A stretch of DNA of 62,615 nt, the filler included, from Choristocarpus tenellus KU-1152 (Eukaryota; Protista; Phaeophyceae): assembly GCA_964200185.2 (NCBI GenBank). It is 7 parts of 7 records of this genome, joined end to end, with 100 filler letters (N's around TTAATTAATTAA, not from the genome) between each part and the next. Parts side by side here need not be neighbours in the genome. Positions count along the whole stretch, not along the records: positions 21,862 to 27,055 come from CAXNAD020011550.1; positions 27,156 to 36,126 come from CAXNAD020004148.1; positions 36,227 to 48,842 come from CAXNAD020001763.1; 4 more parts are not named here. One strand, written 5' to 3'. The position numbers and the translations under genes were made by a program. Under the pieces are notes generated by a model. It was not told the origin of the DNA. It did not search any database and was given only the letters and a program-made list of their open reading frames with translations. Shown here piece by piece: positions 24,338 to 36,898 of this stretch; position 1 is the stretch's first letter, and every line of letters begins with the position of its first letter.

Positions 24338-25784
24338 AATGATTTCCAGGAAGGTGGTCTTTGGATCTCTACCCTGAATTAGTTGGAGTTCTGAAGAGAG
24401 GTGATGTGATGAATAAAATTGAATGTAAGTGACAGACAACAGAGCACCTCCGGAGAAGTATCTTGCTTCATGTGAAGGGTATGTTATACACCTGACACAT
24501 CTGCAAAATGTCAGAGGGCATAATAATATATATTATACATAAACTGCTACAACTATTTTATTATTATGCCATCTGATATTCTACAGATGTGTCAAAGGAA
24601 AAACCAATGAAAAGCCATACAAATGTCAGAATCCCGAAAAAAAAGTTGTAAATGTGAAAGACATTCTTCAAATTACAATTTTACTACGACTTACGCTACA
24701 CCACTGGCATCCTGTGCCTCCAACCTAGCTTAATCCTGCACCCCAGGGTGAGGAGCTAGGGAAGCATCCCAAGAATCTAACAAGCCCCTCCTTGCCTATC
24801 TCCCTAGTGTCTCCAGCTTAAAACGCATGGCACGTCTAGATAGAGCTACTGTGTTGTGACAGAGATACTATCTGTTGTAGACGGGATTGACAGCCCCTTT
24901 CCTGCTCTAGCCTCCTGCACCTCTCCCCCCTACCACATACGTAGCCAACTCATCTAGAAAACTTCCTGCTTGCTTACCAAGGCGCCCAAAACTTTCCACC
25001 GCGAAGTTGGGGTTAGAACTACAAGGGTCAAAAGAGCTCTCGTCATGGGTGCGCTTTTACGCCTCAGTTGCAGCAGCAGCTACACCATTGGTGGTGGATG
25101 ATTGGGGTAGGTGAGACGCTGCTTGCACTTCTGCAAACATAACTTTTATGCTACTACGACTATGGAAAGCAGGTTTATCTGTTGTTATACCATTGTTGCC
25201 AATGCAATATACCGTTACACCGATTGAGGATTCCTTGTCAGGAACCTCCAATTCCAGTGGAGGGGTTATGAATAATTGAGGTGTGGAAAATTTCAAGAAG
25301 TCAATCCCAAAAGTAGCTGACATTTCTTCAACCCGAGATGTCACACATCAAAGATTACCTTTGTTGTCACGTCTTGACTTTGTGATGATCCCCCTCATAA
25401 GATTCTCGTCACTCAAGAATTTCCTCCAAGTCCTGGCAGTCTCGCACTTGTCCAACCTCAACCTCGTCCTCTCAGTTACGGTTTGTCTTGGTCCGTCTGG
25501 TTCGTCCTGCCCAGGGGTTCTCTTCACCACCATTGCCTGAGTGAACCACGCCACCAAAGAATCACATGCTTCGTATTGACGACAATAGTAAGAAAAGGGA
25601 TATAGTAACAGGTGAAATTTTGTTTTACCACTGATCAAACATACTGAACACAAGGTCAAGAAGAAAAGTTGTGAACAGGAGCGCCTGGCTGAACATTAGG
25701 AGGAATAAAGAGAAGTCAAGGAACAGACTGTCATGTTTGTCCAGGAACTGTGTCGTCGACCCTCGGGCATCATGTCAGCTCGGC

Positions 25785-26666
25785 TGTTAAAACATAGGCT
25801 ACTCATTCGATTTGCCTTGATACGATACAGTATTGTCCGTCCATAGTGAACGTTGATTTGTCCATTGCAATGGCCACTATTCCCATTTAGATCATTAGCT
25901 CATCATCACAACTTACTCAACCACTACTGTCAGAACATCACAGTACATAGAAAGCATAGGAACAGTCGCTACCTACCACACATACAGGCATATAATGTGC
26001 CACAGTAGTTACCTTAGATTTGGATTCGAGCTTGTCTTCTTGTTTCTGCCTCGTTTTACTTTTTTTCGCACAAGTTATATCAGTTGCATAGCATGTGTTC
26101 ATTACTATTTTTACTTGACTAGCATTGCCGACTCATAAGACATCCTATTCTCTCTGCAATATGTTTACCCGACACACACCAGGATGCAATACAACCAGAG
26201 TTAAAAGCATCCTTTGAAACATTTCTCAGCTAAGGTGACAAGCCTCTTCACAGAACCTGAATTTCTTCATTTGAGCGTCTCAATGAATGATCACTCATTT
26301 CACACCAACCATAGTCTGCTTGAGTAAAATATGCTGCCAGACGTACCAGTACACATTTTACATCAACCATAGTCTGATTTAGTAAGACATGCCTTCAGAT
26401 GCACCAAACCGGACCCGCAGGTGTCTAGTTAAACTATGACACACACTTGCCCCTAAATGTGTTAACCACAGTACAACCAAACATACTTTCACATCAACTA
26501 TTGTCTGCTTGAGTAAAATATGTCATCAGACCCAACAGAACAAATCCATCAGTGCTTTGTTAACAGAATAAATTCATCAGTGCTTTGTTGCACTATAGTA
26601 CCCTTCGCTACCTTGAACTAGCCACATTACAACAATGCGTAACTCATACGAAATCAGGTTTCAACA
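25785..26666 (+). mobile_element. Solo LTR (882 bp) with 5-bp TSD
   Basis: Begins TGTTAAAA and ends TTTCAACA; flanked by TCGGC on both sides (25780-25784, 26667-26671); relatives at 60836 and 62050. Confidence 0.9.
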
Positions 26667-27055
26667 TCGGCTGACCATGACAGTTTTCATGTCCTTTTTC
26701 AGGAGAGTACTGTTTCTCCCCCATGTTCCACTGCTTGTGAGGTGACTGCATCACAGGCATAGTTCACGGATGCTATTCTCTTGCTCATTGCACTCCACGT
26801 CAATGAGTGTGCGAGAACAAACAACATGCCGCCCAAATGGCTTCAGGATCTCTTGAAGTTCCAGGCTCGCCTTCATTCCCTTCCTGCCCAACCTGCCTAG
26901 AGCTACTCTCCCTGGACAATCAGGGCAACCTCCCTTGTGTGTTTGCTTGCTCCACCCCATCTGCATGGTCAGCCTCTGTGAAGAAGCAAACCGCTCCTTC
27001 ACATGCCCCCACTTCAGAACACCCTAGCCCATTCCCACCCTCTTCAACCACACCG

Positions 27056-27155
27056 NNNNNNNNNNNNNNNNNNNNNNNNNNNNNNNNNNNNNNNNNNNNT
27101 TAATTAATTAANNNNNNNNNNNNNNNNNNNNNNNNNNNNNNNNNNNNNNNNNNNN
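27056..27155. other. Artificial contig linker
   Basis: N44-TTAATTAATTAA-N44. Confidence 0.97.
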
Positions 27156-27312
27156 GTGGCGGCTGTCCATTTGGTGTCAATTTCTTCATGTCGCGATTAT
27201 TGGGTGATTTGGTTGCATACATCAGATGGATACTGTAATGCACTTTTCCTGATTTTGGCCCAAATGGACACCCTGATGTAGACCCCTCCCCCCCTCCCAG
27301 ATAGTTTGGGTC
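27156..27312 (+). mobile_element. MITE family B copy (5' end cut by contig edge)
   Basis: GTGGCGGCTGTCCATTTGG...GGTTGCATAC...CAAATGGACACCCTG...CCCAGATAGTTTGGGTC; matches 61791-61970 and the reverse complement of 56388-56567. Confidence 0.85.
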
Positions 27313-27687
27313 AAGAGGGTAGACTGTCTATCTGTGCTCTTTCTACCCTCAGAGTTTACTCCCGACTAATAATATCTGGGCTAAGGCAACTAACTTTAAT
27401 CCGATGACAGGGGAGAGAGGCACCTGAAGCCCTGCTGTCGTGCATGTCTCTCAAAGGTGAATGTTGCCCCTGTCGGACGCTTGTATCCGATGTCATTGTT
27501 GGTGGTGGAATAGAGGGGACTTTCTTCCTTGGGGTTGTGCCTGAAATTTGTCAGGAGCTCCTCCCGGATTTTTTTGTCTTGAGGAACACGTTTCTGGATA
27601 TAAAAAGTGGAAAATGTTAAGGCTTGAGTGTTTGGAAGGACTTAGTTCAAAAACGAACATTTATCCACAATACAACATCCTGCATAC

Positions 27688-27947
27688 GAGTCAAAGTATA
27701 TAGGGGATAGAGCCGGGTCCGTTTTGGCGCCAAAATCAAATGTTGCCATGTTGACGTAATTTTGGCTATCGTGTTTGTCAGGAAGTGTCAATATCCTTGT
27801 TCCAGACACACCTTTTCATAATGTATACATTTTACCTACTCTGAAACATTTCGGATTAGGTAAAATGTCATAAATGACCCGTGGGAAGCCAAGCCCCAAA
27901 TGGACAAACAGGGCAAAACTCGTACCCTATAAAAGATAATTTCACTC
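27688..27947 (+). mobile_element. MITE family A copy
   Basis: GAGTCAAAGTAT...CGTACCCTATAAAAGATAATTTCACTC; colinear with 1-243. Confidence 0.85.
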
Positions 27948-30499
27948 TTATCAAATTAAGCCAATATGACACTTTGACCTATACCCTTTCCTCAACCCTC
28001 AATCTTGTTTTCAAAAGGAAGTTTTGGCTAGGGTAAGGTGGAGAAGTGCAGTACAAAGAAGTTTGGGGCGGTCTCCTTAATAAACTGGGGATTCTGACAC
28101 TTGATAAATGTTGGATCAACGGTAGGATATTCTATGTTCGACAAAACTGTCGAGGAAGGGGTTACCTTGAAGTATACTGTGCAATGTGTTGGCTTCGCAG
28201 TTCGTTCAAGCAGGAAAGAGACAACTTCACATGCACCATCCTCCCCCATATCGACTATTTTCTCTCACATGCCACGGCAGTAGTGAGCCTAATAAATTGA
28301 GAGGTATGCAGGTTTGGACCCCTTTGCATTCCAAGTCATCTTTCTTATACCCTGTGCAATGCACTCTACTTCATTCCTGATATGCGTACAATAGTGTACA
28401 CAAGACCAATAGTCCGCCTTTCCACACACAAAGTGACACCACAACCCAGTGAACTCTCTCTTGCTGCAATTGCATAAAATGATATCTATTTACCCTTTCT
28501 CAGAATCCTTCAAATACAACCCTGCCTACCCGTCAGTTGGTATAACTCAAAGCTGAAAGGAGGTGAAGGCCCGACTTTCTAGGATTCCATCCCCACTGAG
28601 AAAGCGGAACCCATCACATGCTGCATGAACTGTGACATGCATGCTCTACCTATTGCCCCTGCACACCTGCTGTGAGGGTGAGAAAAATATTCGCCAGATA
28701 CCATTTTACGGGCTACCATCCTTCCCCTACCCTCGGAACGGTTTTCAGAAGGTGTCAATGAGAGTATCTGTCCTCGACCTGCTCTACATTTCTCCTTGTC
28801 GGACGGAAATTCCTTACTCAGGGAAACATATACCAGGCAGGTCAAAGAATGAGGGCTTTTACGGCTTTGCACTTGAATTCCCTCCAGAGGATGTCAAAAA
28901 TGTGCCTGTTACTCAGTTGTCTAAGTATTGAACTTTGATTGGAAAACCTTAAAGTTCACCTAGCAGGTGGGAGTTCATGCGCATGTTTTGATACAGAAAA
29001 TCTTTGTGAAAGTGTGAATCTGGGCGAAATTATGTGTGGGATGAACACTTGTCCATGCTTGCCTGCATGTCGAACCCAGTGGCATCTCTGAGAGGTATCC
29101 CCACTTCTTCCTCGTGGTCGTACATGATGGGGTGCTTCCCTAAACCCATCTTATTGGAGGTTTTCCCCAGTGAGTCCCGATGCCCGAGTATTGTGCCTAG
29201 TCTGCTATCGCTGTGCGGCACCCCATAGCCAATGCGACTGCTTTCCTGGGGAAGCCTCTCAGCCCCCAAAATTTGACCAGCACATTTTACGTTGATGATG
29301 AGGTTAATGCCGTTCAATATAGTGTCATTTTTGTTGTCCAAGAGGGCAGAGGAAGAGTGTAGAGATATGTTAATGAAGCTTGACATGTAATATGTAATAT
29401 CCAAACTTGTTACAGGGAGAGACCAAATACTACACAGAGAAAGTATGTTGGTCAGAGAGTCCACAGACACAGTGAAAAGGGCATAGCTGAATTGCTGTCG
29501 TGTAACCTTATGGAACACGTCCACAAATTCTATTTTGTTTCTTAATTTTTTCCATTTTCATTGCCAGGCAAGCGATTGAGCCTTTCAAAAGGGATTTGCG
29601 ATAGCTGAAATTGAAGATGGCCGGAGTCTTATCTTTATGGCATCTCTTGCTGAAAACATTGAAAGAGCGTACAGGTACTATATTCCAAAGGCTTCATATA
29701 CACTGCACATTATGCTTTAACTTAAGGCGATCCATATTCAAGTGGACCAAGGCTGTGCAAGATAACTGGTCTTTGCGCCAAAGACCAATTGATCAAAAGG
29801 ATTATACGCAATCAATATATATTAATATTGCAGAAGGAACTAGTTAGCAGGGATAAATACCATAACTTTGTCATTCTTGGTCAAATTGGATGAAAAAAAC
29901 GTGAGGTAAACACTGAGGGCAAGGGTCGTGAGGGTCGGAAAAAGTGTATTTCGATAGGTAGCACAGGGTATGAAGATATTATCTGTGTTTTGATATTGTT
30001 GGGATGGGGAGGAAGTTACATATCGTGTTGAGAAGTATCAATTCTTCGAGTTATTAAGCGAGGAAGCATGAACTCGCAGCGAATATTTGCCAAAGATACT
30101 TGTGTGGTATGGATAGTGCTGTTTAGAGTGATGCAGGATTTGGGGAACACAGCATTTACTGTTGAAATAGCTGTAAAGCATTTAAAAGTATATAACATAC
30201 AAGGCATGAGAATCAAAGGGAGTACATTTATTTGGTGCATTTTGCTCATGGAAGACGCTAAATTAAATGTATCCCTCCCTGAATGTTACTGTGTGGGGCT
30301 GATCTTCCAGGCCTTGGTGTTAATCGATGTTTGGGCCACTGAAGAATTAAATATCCAAGTATTTTGTGCTCATGCACGCCCATTAACTCTTTGGACATCC
30401 ACACTGGGTGCCATGTCTCCATCCTACTCGACATTCTCCTCTACAATGTCCCCAATCTCTAGTAGATAGGGGATATAAAAAAGTTCCAGAGGAACCAAA

Positions 30500-31950
30500 G
30501 AGATTGTCAATAGTCCTTGTCAGCACCCTCTCCTTTACCATCCACTCGTTGATGGCTTTGTGTGCATGACCCACACGTTTATCACCAAGTGAAGGCAACC
30601 ACCAACCCTCCTTCCCCTTCCATGCTGGTTCTCCGGATCAACCAAGCCATATCTAATCCTAAAATTTGGTTGGTTTGCTTGTAGTGAATACTAACATAGC
30701 GTTTGCCATGCGCCAAAAAAACCCCAATGGGAACAACACTCGATCAAAAAGCGGAATGAAGGCATAAATGGAGGAGTTCAAATCAATTTATCCCTCAGGC
30801 TCTGCTCAACTCTCATCCTTTCCTGCAGTTTCTCATGGAGGGTCATGCCTTTCAAAGTGGGCCCTGGTGCCTGTGTCAGCGTCCTAACAACTCTAAATAA
30901 TTTGAATGCATTGAAAGAAAAGGTCCTTTGGGCGGGATCTCAAGGTTCTAAGCCACTCCAGCTCTCTCAACAGAAATCCCTTGCATTCGATACTTCTGTA
31001 TGAGGTTGACATTGTATGTCTTGGTGTTGGACTCAGACTTTGTTGAGCTCCTTATCTCATCCAGTGTGGTACAAGGAATTGTTAAGCACCAGTATCATCT
31101 TGCTACCAGGGAAAAAACTTCTTGGATGTAGGAAGTAGAAGGTTAGCCAAGGCATGAACTTATATCATCGTCCATCAAGGCATGGTAATGCACTTCGGCA
31201 GTCTTGGCAGGTGCTCAGCAGTAAACTCCTCAACAAAACTATTGTCACCCTTCTTCTCATATCACCACACCTACAACCCCCCAATAACTAGAAAATTGTT
31301 CTCATCAACCATGGCAAGCAGATCGTACTTGGTGACGACATTGACGATAATCGTTCTTAAGCCCTTCCCCAAATTACAGCTCGTGCCATCGTCAACCCCC
31401 CCATTCTCACCTACTTGGAAGTAGGATTATGCTGAACCATGAAATTGGTGAGCACTACTCTCATCCATGCGTAGAAGAACTACATCTCCTTGCCTCCTCC
31501 TTCAGGGAACCAGCATACTCAATCAACTCAATCAGAAAGCGATAAATGTAAGCCTTCCTTTCTTTGGTTGGGGGGAGGATCTTGATCCTGCCTCTGCTAT
31601 GAACCATATTTTGAGGGTTCAAAATCTTGCTCAGGCCTTCATCGGATAGCTCGACCTTAAACATGCGTTCCATTTGGTCAAAAGATTCCATCTAACTATA
31701 TCACACCCTTAGTTGTCACGGTCCAAGTCGTGGACCTCCAGTAGGATAAGCTGTACAAATGCGAGCTTCATGTTTGTGATTCGATCTGGACTTACCTTCT
31801 CTCTTCTGTCACTGGAACCCACCAGAACTTCCTCATTTTCACTCAACTCCTTGACTAATTTTGATCATTTATTCTTGGCGAACAGACACCATCTTGGTGA
31901 CGAAGGTTACAGCTTTGAAGAGCTGTGGCAACACAATCCAATCGAGCTTG
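30500..31950 (-). pseudogene. IS630/Tc1-like DDE transposase relic
   Basis: Across frames: VLLRMDESSAHQ (~31460), LGKGLRTIIVNVVT, HYHALMDDD, LLLPTSKKFFPGSKMILVLNNSLYH (~31080, VLDNAxYH equivalent), TPPFMP..PIGVFW/AHGKRYV (~30720, PIExFW equivalent). TIRs not identified. Confidence 0.75.
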
Positions 31951-32778
31951 AAAAGAGGATTGTTAGTAGATGGAACTTCTTTTGTGGTTCAACGCTGCAT
32001 CCATTTGTAGCTGGAGGCTGTCAAGGGACAACATGGCAGTCATATCCTCCGTTATCTTCAGCTTAAACTTCTTCATCCGGCCATATTATGTCATTTTCAC
32101 TCAAGGCTAGTGACTCGACATATGTTTTCTTCTCCTTTTGCACATTCAGCTCCTTGCTCACTTTTTTTCCTGCCCTGTGCTTCCATTTGGTCCAGCCTGC
32201 AGCAAATCCCTCAGTACTCCAATTGTTATATACTCCTGTGCGGCATCACTTGTATCTGGTGAGACATCTTTGCACTGTTTGAGTCTGAGACTGTGGGGAC
32301 CCAAGCACAGTTCCCAGGTACCACATCATAAACTAATCTATTGCTTCCTTCGATGCCATCAGGTCGAGATTATTCCCAAGTGGATCAGACGATCCCTGAA
32401 CCTCTCTGCTTCTAGGTGGTATTGTGCAACTGCTAGGACTCCTCTCAGACTAAAATTCTATCAGTGGAACACCATTACTAGGATCCTGATATGTCCAATG
32501 CATCTCTGAGCATCGACAGACTGCTGTTAGGGCTTCGCTACAGATGTAGCAAAAGGTCACACATCAAAATGGAATTTTAGTTCTCAAGTTTTGATTCTCA
32601 TCAACGAGAGTACCTAGCTTTGTAATAGTACCCAATAGAGTGTACACTTCTACTCTGCTTGATTAACAGCATACAGGAGTGCTTTGTAGTAGAAGTGTGA
32701 TGAAATTCTCTGACGTGCCCAGTCCCAGTCCTCACTACTTGGAGCAATTTGGTTGGACCATGAGTCCTCAGTTTCACG

Positions 32779-33150
32779 TTATCAGGAATGATCACAGGTT
32801 GAGAAATATGGTCATTCATTGTGCCGTCTTCACAATCGAACATTTAGAGCTACCTCTCCAACACACAAGTTCAAAACATCTTCCGATACGTTAGAATAAA
32901 CAATAGTGAAACAGGCAGGGTAGTATCCCACGCCCTAGGACAATGAAGGCGTTGGAAGACGACATTATCAGGAATGATCACAGTTTGAGAAATGTGGTAA
33001 TTCATTGTACTGTCTTCACAATTGAACATTTAGAGCTACCTCTCCAACACATTAGTGCAAAACTCCTTCCGATATGTTAGAATAACCTATAACGAAACAG
33101 GCAGGGTAGTATGCCACACCCCAGGACAATGAAGGTGTTGGAAGACGTCA
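32779..33150. repeat. Tandem duplication, 186-bp unit x2
   Basis: ATCAGGAATGATCACAG at 32781 and 32967; GAACATTTAGAGCTACCTCTCCAACAC in both units. Confidence 0.9.
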
Positions 33151-33249
33151 TATGTTTGCAGATATTACGATTAAGTTCTGTTTTTACTCTTGGTGCGAAA
33201 CAAACCAGCAGTCCCTGATAAATGCCTATTTCCCACACACTCCAGGAAG

Positions 33250-34100
33250 GTCATTCGCTAGGCCACCAAGGACTCATCTATTGCACTACTCTCTGCCTAT
33301 CCCATATTTCTTGCTGTGCACTCCTCTGGAGTTGCCGTGACTCAAGTGGTATATCACAGCCTTAAACCGTGCAGAGAGGCTCTGCCTGACCTGCCCATGA
33401 GTCTCAGCACCACACTATTGGTATGTCTTTACGTTTTTTACAAGGTTGTTGATGTTGTGCAAGCGTATTCAGGTTGGCCTAGTCTGCAGTGGCTGTAAGA
33501 ACCCGAAGTTCAGGGTGTTGAAATCATGTGGTTGGGCAGGTTGCTTGGTCACACATACCAAATAGACTCTAGCAGAGGCCCAAGCGCCTACTCCTCCCTC
33601 AACTGATCCTGTATATGGCCTTGCAAAGCAATCTTGATGGAAAACAATGTCCTGCTTTGGTAGGTATGAGTGAGACACAACAATTGGCAAGATGTCCTCC
33701 TCGACCATTCTCGTAGAGATCACGGGTCATATTGACCTTCTAGTCTCCATGAAACCGTGGAAACGACTACAGGACGATATTCTAGCCGCAACACGGTTTG
33801 TTAGTGGCCAAATGCCGATCATCCCTAAGTTCCATCCTCCAAAACCTGGGGCGTGCGTTTGCAGTCAAGAAGGTGACGTTTTGGCAAGTGTGACATGCTT
33901 GTGATCCGAGGAGAGTTTGGTGGTGCCTCCCAAGGGATAGGGTAAGCTCAAACACAGTTGGAAACCACACGAAACCACTCTTCGTCCAGCTGGACTCGGT
34001 CAAATATGGTCTCAAAGAAGTACTCCGTGCCTCATTTCAGATGCTGTTCATTTGAAGGTCACCTTTTTCGATCTTCTGTTGGCTAGAGAGGGAGAATTTG
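33250..34100 (-). pseudogene. Second mariner DD39D-type transposase relic
   Basis: DRVQLDEEWFRV (~33990), FLTANARPRF, IVFHQDCFARPYT, QPAQPHDFNTLNFGFLQPLQ (QPxxSPDxNxLDLGFFxSLQ equivalent). Confidence 0.8.
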
Positions 34101-36126
34101 AAGACTTTTCGTTATGATTTGACCGGTCTTTAATATACCTTCACAACTTTTGTTTGTTGACATTAGTCTTCGTAGTCCATCTCCTCTCACTGGTCTGTTC
34201 AAGCACAGGGACTGCCATAATCGCATCAAGCTCCACTTGTGGGATCGGACTTGGCCGTTGAGTGTGAGAGGCTACGCTCGTGTCCAGCTCATTAACAAGA
34301 CGCTGTGATGCTACCCTCATCAACTAATCCAACGAGGTTTGGGTCATTTTTCGTATATGAGTGCGATCTGTGTCCGAACGTATCGTTGGACCTTTCCAAA
34401 GTCTCTGCACGCCCGAAAGCAATTTCCAGCAGCAGGTGCTCGCTTGTGGAGGGGGATGAAAGTTCGGTGTCTGTTGGTGTAGCCGATCTCGAGATCTTGA
34501 GATTCTGGCGTCTTGTAATCACACTCCTCAGCGACAGGGCAACCGAACATTATTCCACGATATTACGGCCTCAGGTCTGAATTTCACACCTCACAACAGG
34601 GTGATCTACCTTTATTGGCATTGTTCTCGAGAACGACAAATATTCAGAAGTTGTGCATCGTACCGCCAAAAAAGGTATAGTCAGCGACCCTTACTTAGGG
34701 GTGAACTGAAACCCATTTTGACTTTGGCTTTGCCGCTCAAGTCACCATGGGTGTATCTTACAAATATGAACATCGGGCAGGTGAAACCATCAAACAAAAG
34801 TTTTGGATCCGTCCAAGCAATAAATGTCTTCCCCACATTTTCCCAGAATTCCTCAAAATGCTGCTGTCCAAGTCACCATTAGTATCTCACGGATATTGGC
34901 CGGGCCAAATGGTCAAACAAAGGTTGAATCCAACCATGCAACGTGTAACGAATACTTACGCGTAAGACGTCGAAATGTTGGTTCTCAAATCGTGTTGGTG
35001 TGTTGCTGATATTAGGCAGATGTTGGGCTGGTGAAACCGCCAAGGAAAAGTTACGATCAGTCCAGCAATGTGTAACCGACACTTATGCAAACTACTTCGA
35101 TGTTGCCCCTCAAGTCATCATTGATATGATATTGGGTGGAAACTATGCTGGCGAAATCGTCAAATGAAGGTTTTGGATCCATCAAAGCACAAATGTCTTT
35201 TTGAATCTCGTACCGTAAGGTGTGTTTAGGAAATGGGACAGATACGCCTTAGAAAAGCGGATAAGCTTGCTTGTAAAGGGTAGGTAGAATCCCGTTCGTG
35301 GTCACAAAGGAGTCTACCACAGGGTACCCTCCACATACCAGACTGATGGGTATTGCAATATGTGGTTCTGTTCCCTGCACAAATAATAGTGCAGGGCACA
35401 CAATGTTATACATGAATGAATACTAAACTTATAAACATGTGAGCCACAATTGATGCGATTTTTTTTAGCCACTACAAGCCTTTAAAAAAACTGTCTATAT
35501 TAAGGTGTGTCGTCAATTGGTGAAACTTGCCTTGGACCTGGACTTTCACCAATAAGGGGAGCTTACTTAATAAGGCAACCCTTAGGTCTCCTGGAGTTTA
35601 AGCCGACTTTAGTACACTATGATATACATTTTAATATATAGTAGTCCTACGTAGTTTCATTGTCCTCAAAAGAATTTAAGGTCCGTTGTAGTATTAGTAG
35701 TTTATTCTACCCTACCATAAACCAATCATCAACTACTCCAGCAAGGATGAGTGCCAAGAGCTATAACGTTGACCTTTAATATGTTTCGAGCTCTTCACCA
35801 GAGCACGACCCATGTGATATCTATCCACCATCCCAAATCCAGAAGTTGAGAGTAGGAAGCTATGTATAAACTATAGATAAAGGCCACTCCAGACAATCCC
35901 ATAAACACTATATAGTCCATTTTTCCAGTCAAGGTAGAGGGCAATGACCTGTGTGCCCCTTCTCTCTTCTGGGTAGGATTTCCCACCCCCCATCATGCTG
36001 TCAACTAGCCCATGGACAGGGCACAGCATGTCCACCGGAAGACATTTTTTTTTATTATTAGCTGTCAGTGGGGGATGCAGAGCGCCCCCCCCCCCCCCCC
36101 CCCCTCCACCCGCGAAGACAAACAAA

Positions 36127-36226
36127 NNNNNNNNNNNNNNNNNNNNNNNNNNNNNNNNNNNNNNNNNNNNTTAATTAATTAANNNNNNNNNNNNNNNNNN
36201 NNNNNNNNNNNNNNNNNNNNNNNNNN
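36127..36226. other. Artificial contig linker
   Basis: N44-TTAATTAATTAA-N44. Confidence 0.97.
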
Positions 36227-36898
36227 GGGGGGGCCCCAACCGGGCCCCCCTTCGCACCCATCTCCACACCCAAGGAGGGGAAGCCCCCCCCCCCCCCCCG
36301 CCCCCCGCCCCAGGGCCCCCAAATACGGCAGGTAAAAATGGTAAGAAGATTTGAATACAGACATCTTACTGGTCGAATGTGACATGGAAGCGAGATCCTA
36401 TTGGTCTAAACGTTCCTGTACTGAGAATAAAAAAAAAAAGATCGCTTAAAAAAAGTGTCGTGTGGGAGGGAGACTGCAAGAGAGTTAGACGCTCTTTTCC
36501 AACAATTTTATGCAACAACATTCTACATTATATATATTAACATTCTACTTGAAGAAGGCAGACCCTTTTTTATTTCTCATCATTTTGGTAGCGAAACGTG
36601 AGCCTCGTAAAAAAAAGAAAGAAAAAAAAACCAATTTGCAAGACAAAACTCTCGTATCTTTTTAATTGTTGACAATATACGTAAGGTGGCGTACCTCAAT
36701 AAAAAAAAAAATACATCACAACACAAAAACACTATTATTATTATTATTACTATTACTACTACTTCATCGTTGACAAAACAAGACATACCTCAATAAAAAA
36801 ATTATATCATAACAAAAAAAAACAACACACGCACACACATATATTAATTTTTTTTACCACTCATTACTATTATATATTTTTGACGAGATAAGATACAC

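Noticed and set aside
25057-25659. Host gene upstream of SOD
   Set aside because: Two ORFs separated by an in-frame stop, no recognisable domain or splice structure; probably a TE relic.
36227-36320. G-quadruplex/GC-rich regulatory element
   Set aside because: Poly-C/G noise at a contig edge, typical of low-quality read ends.
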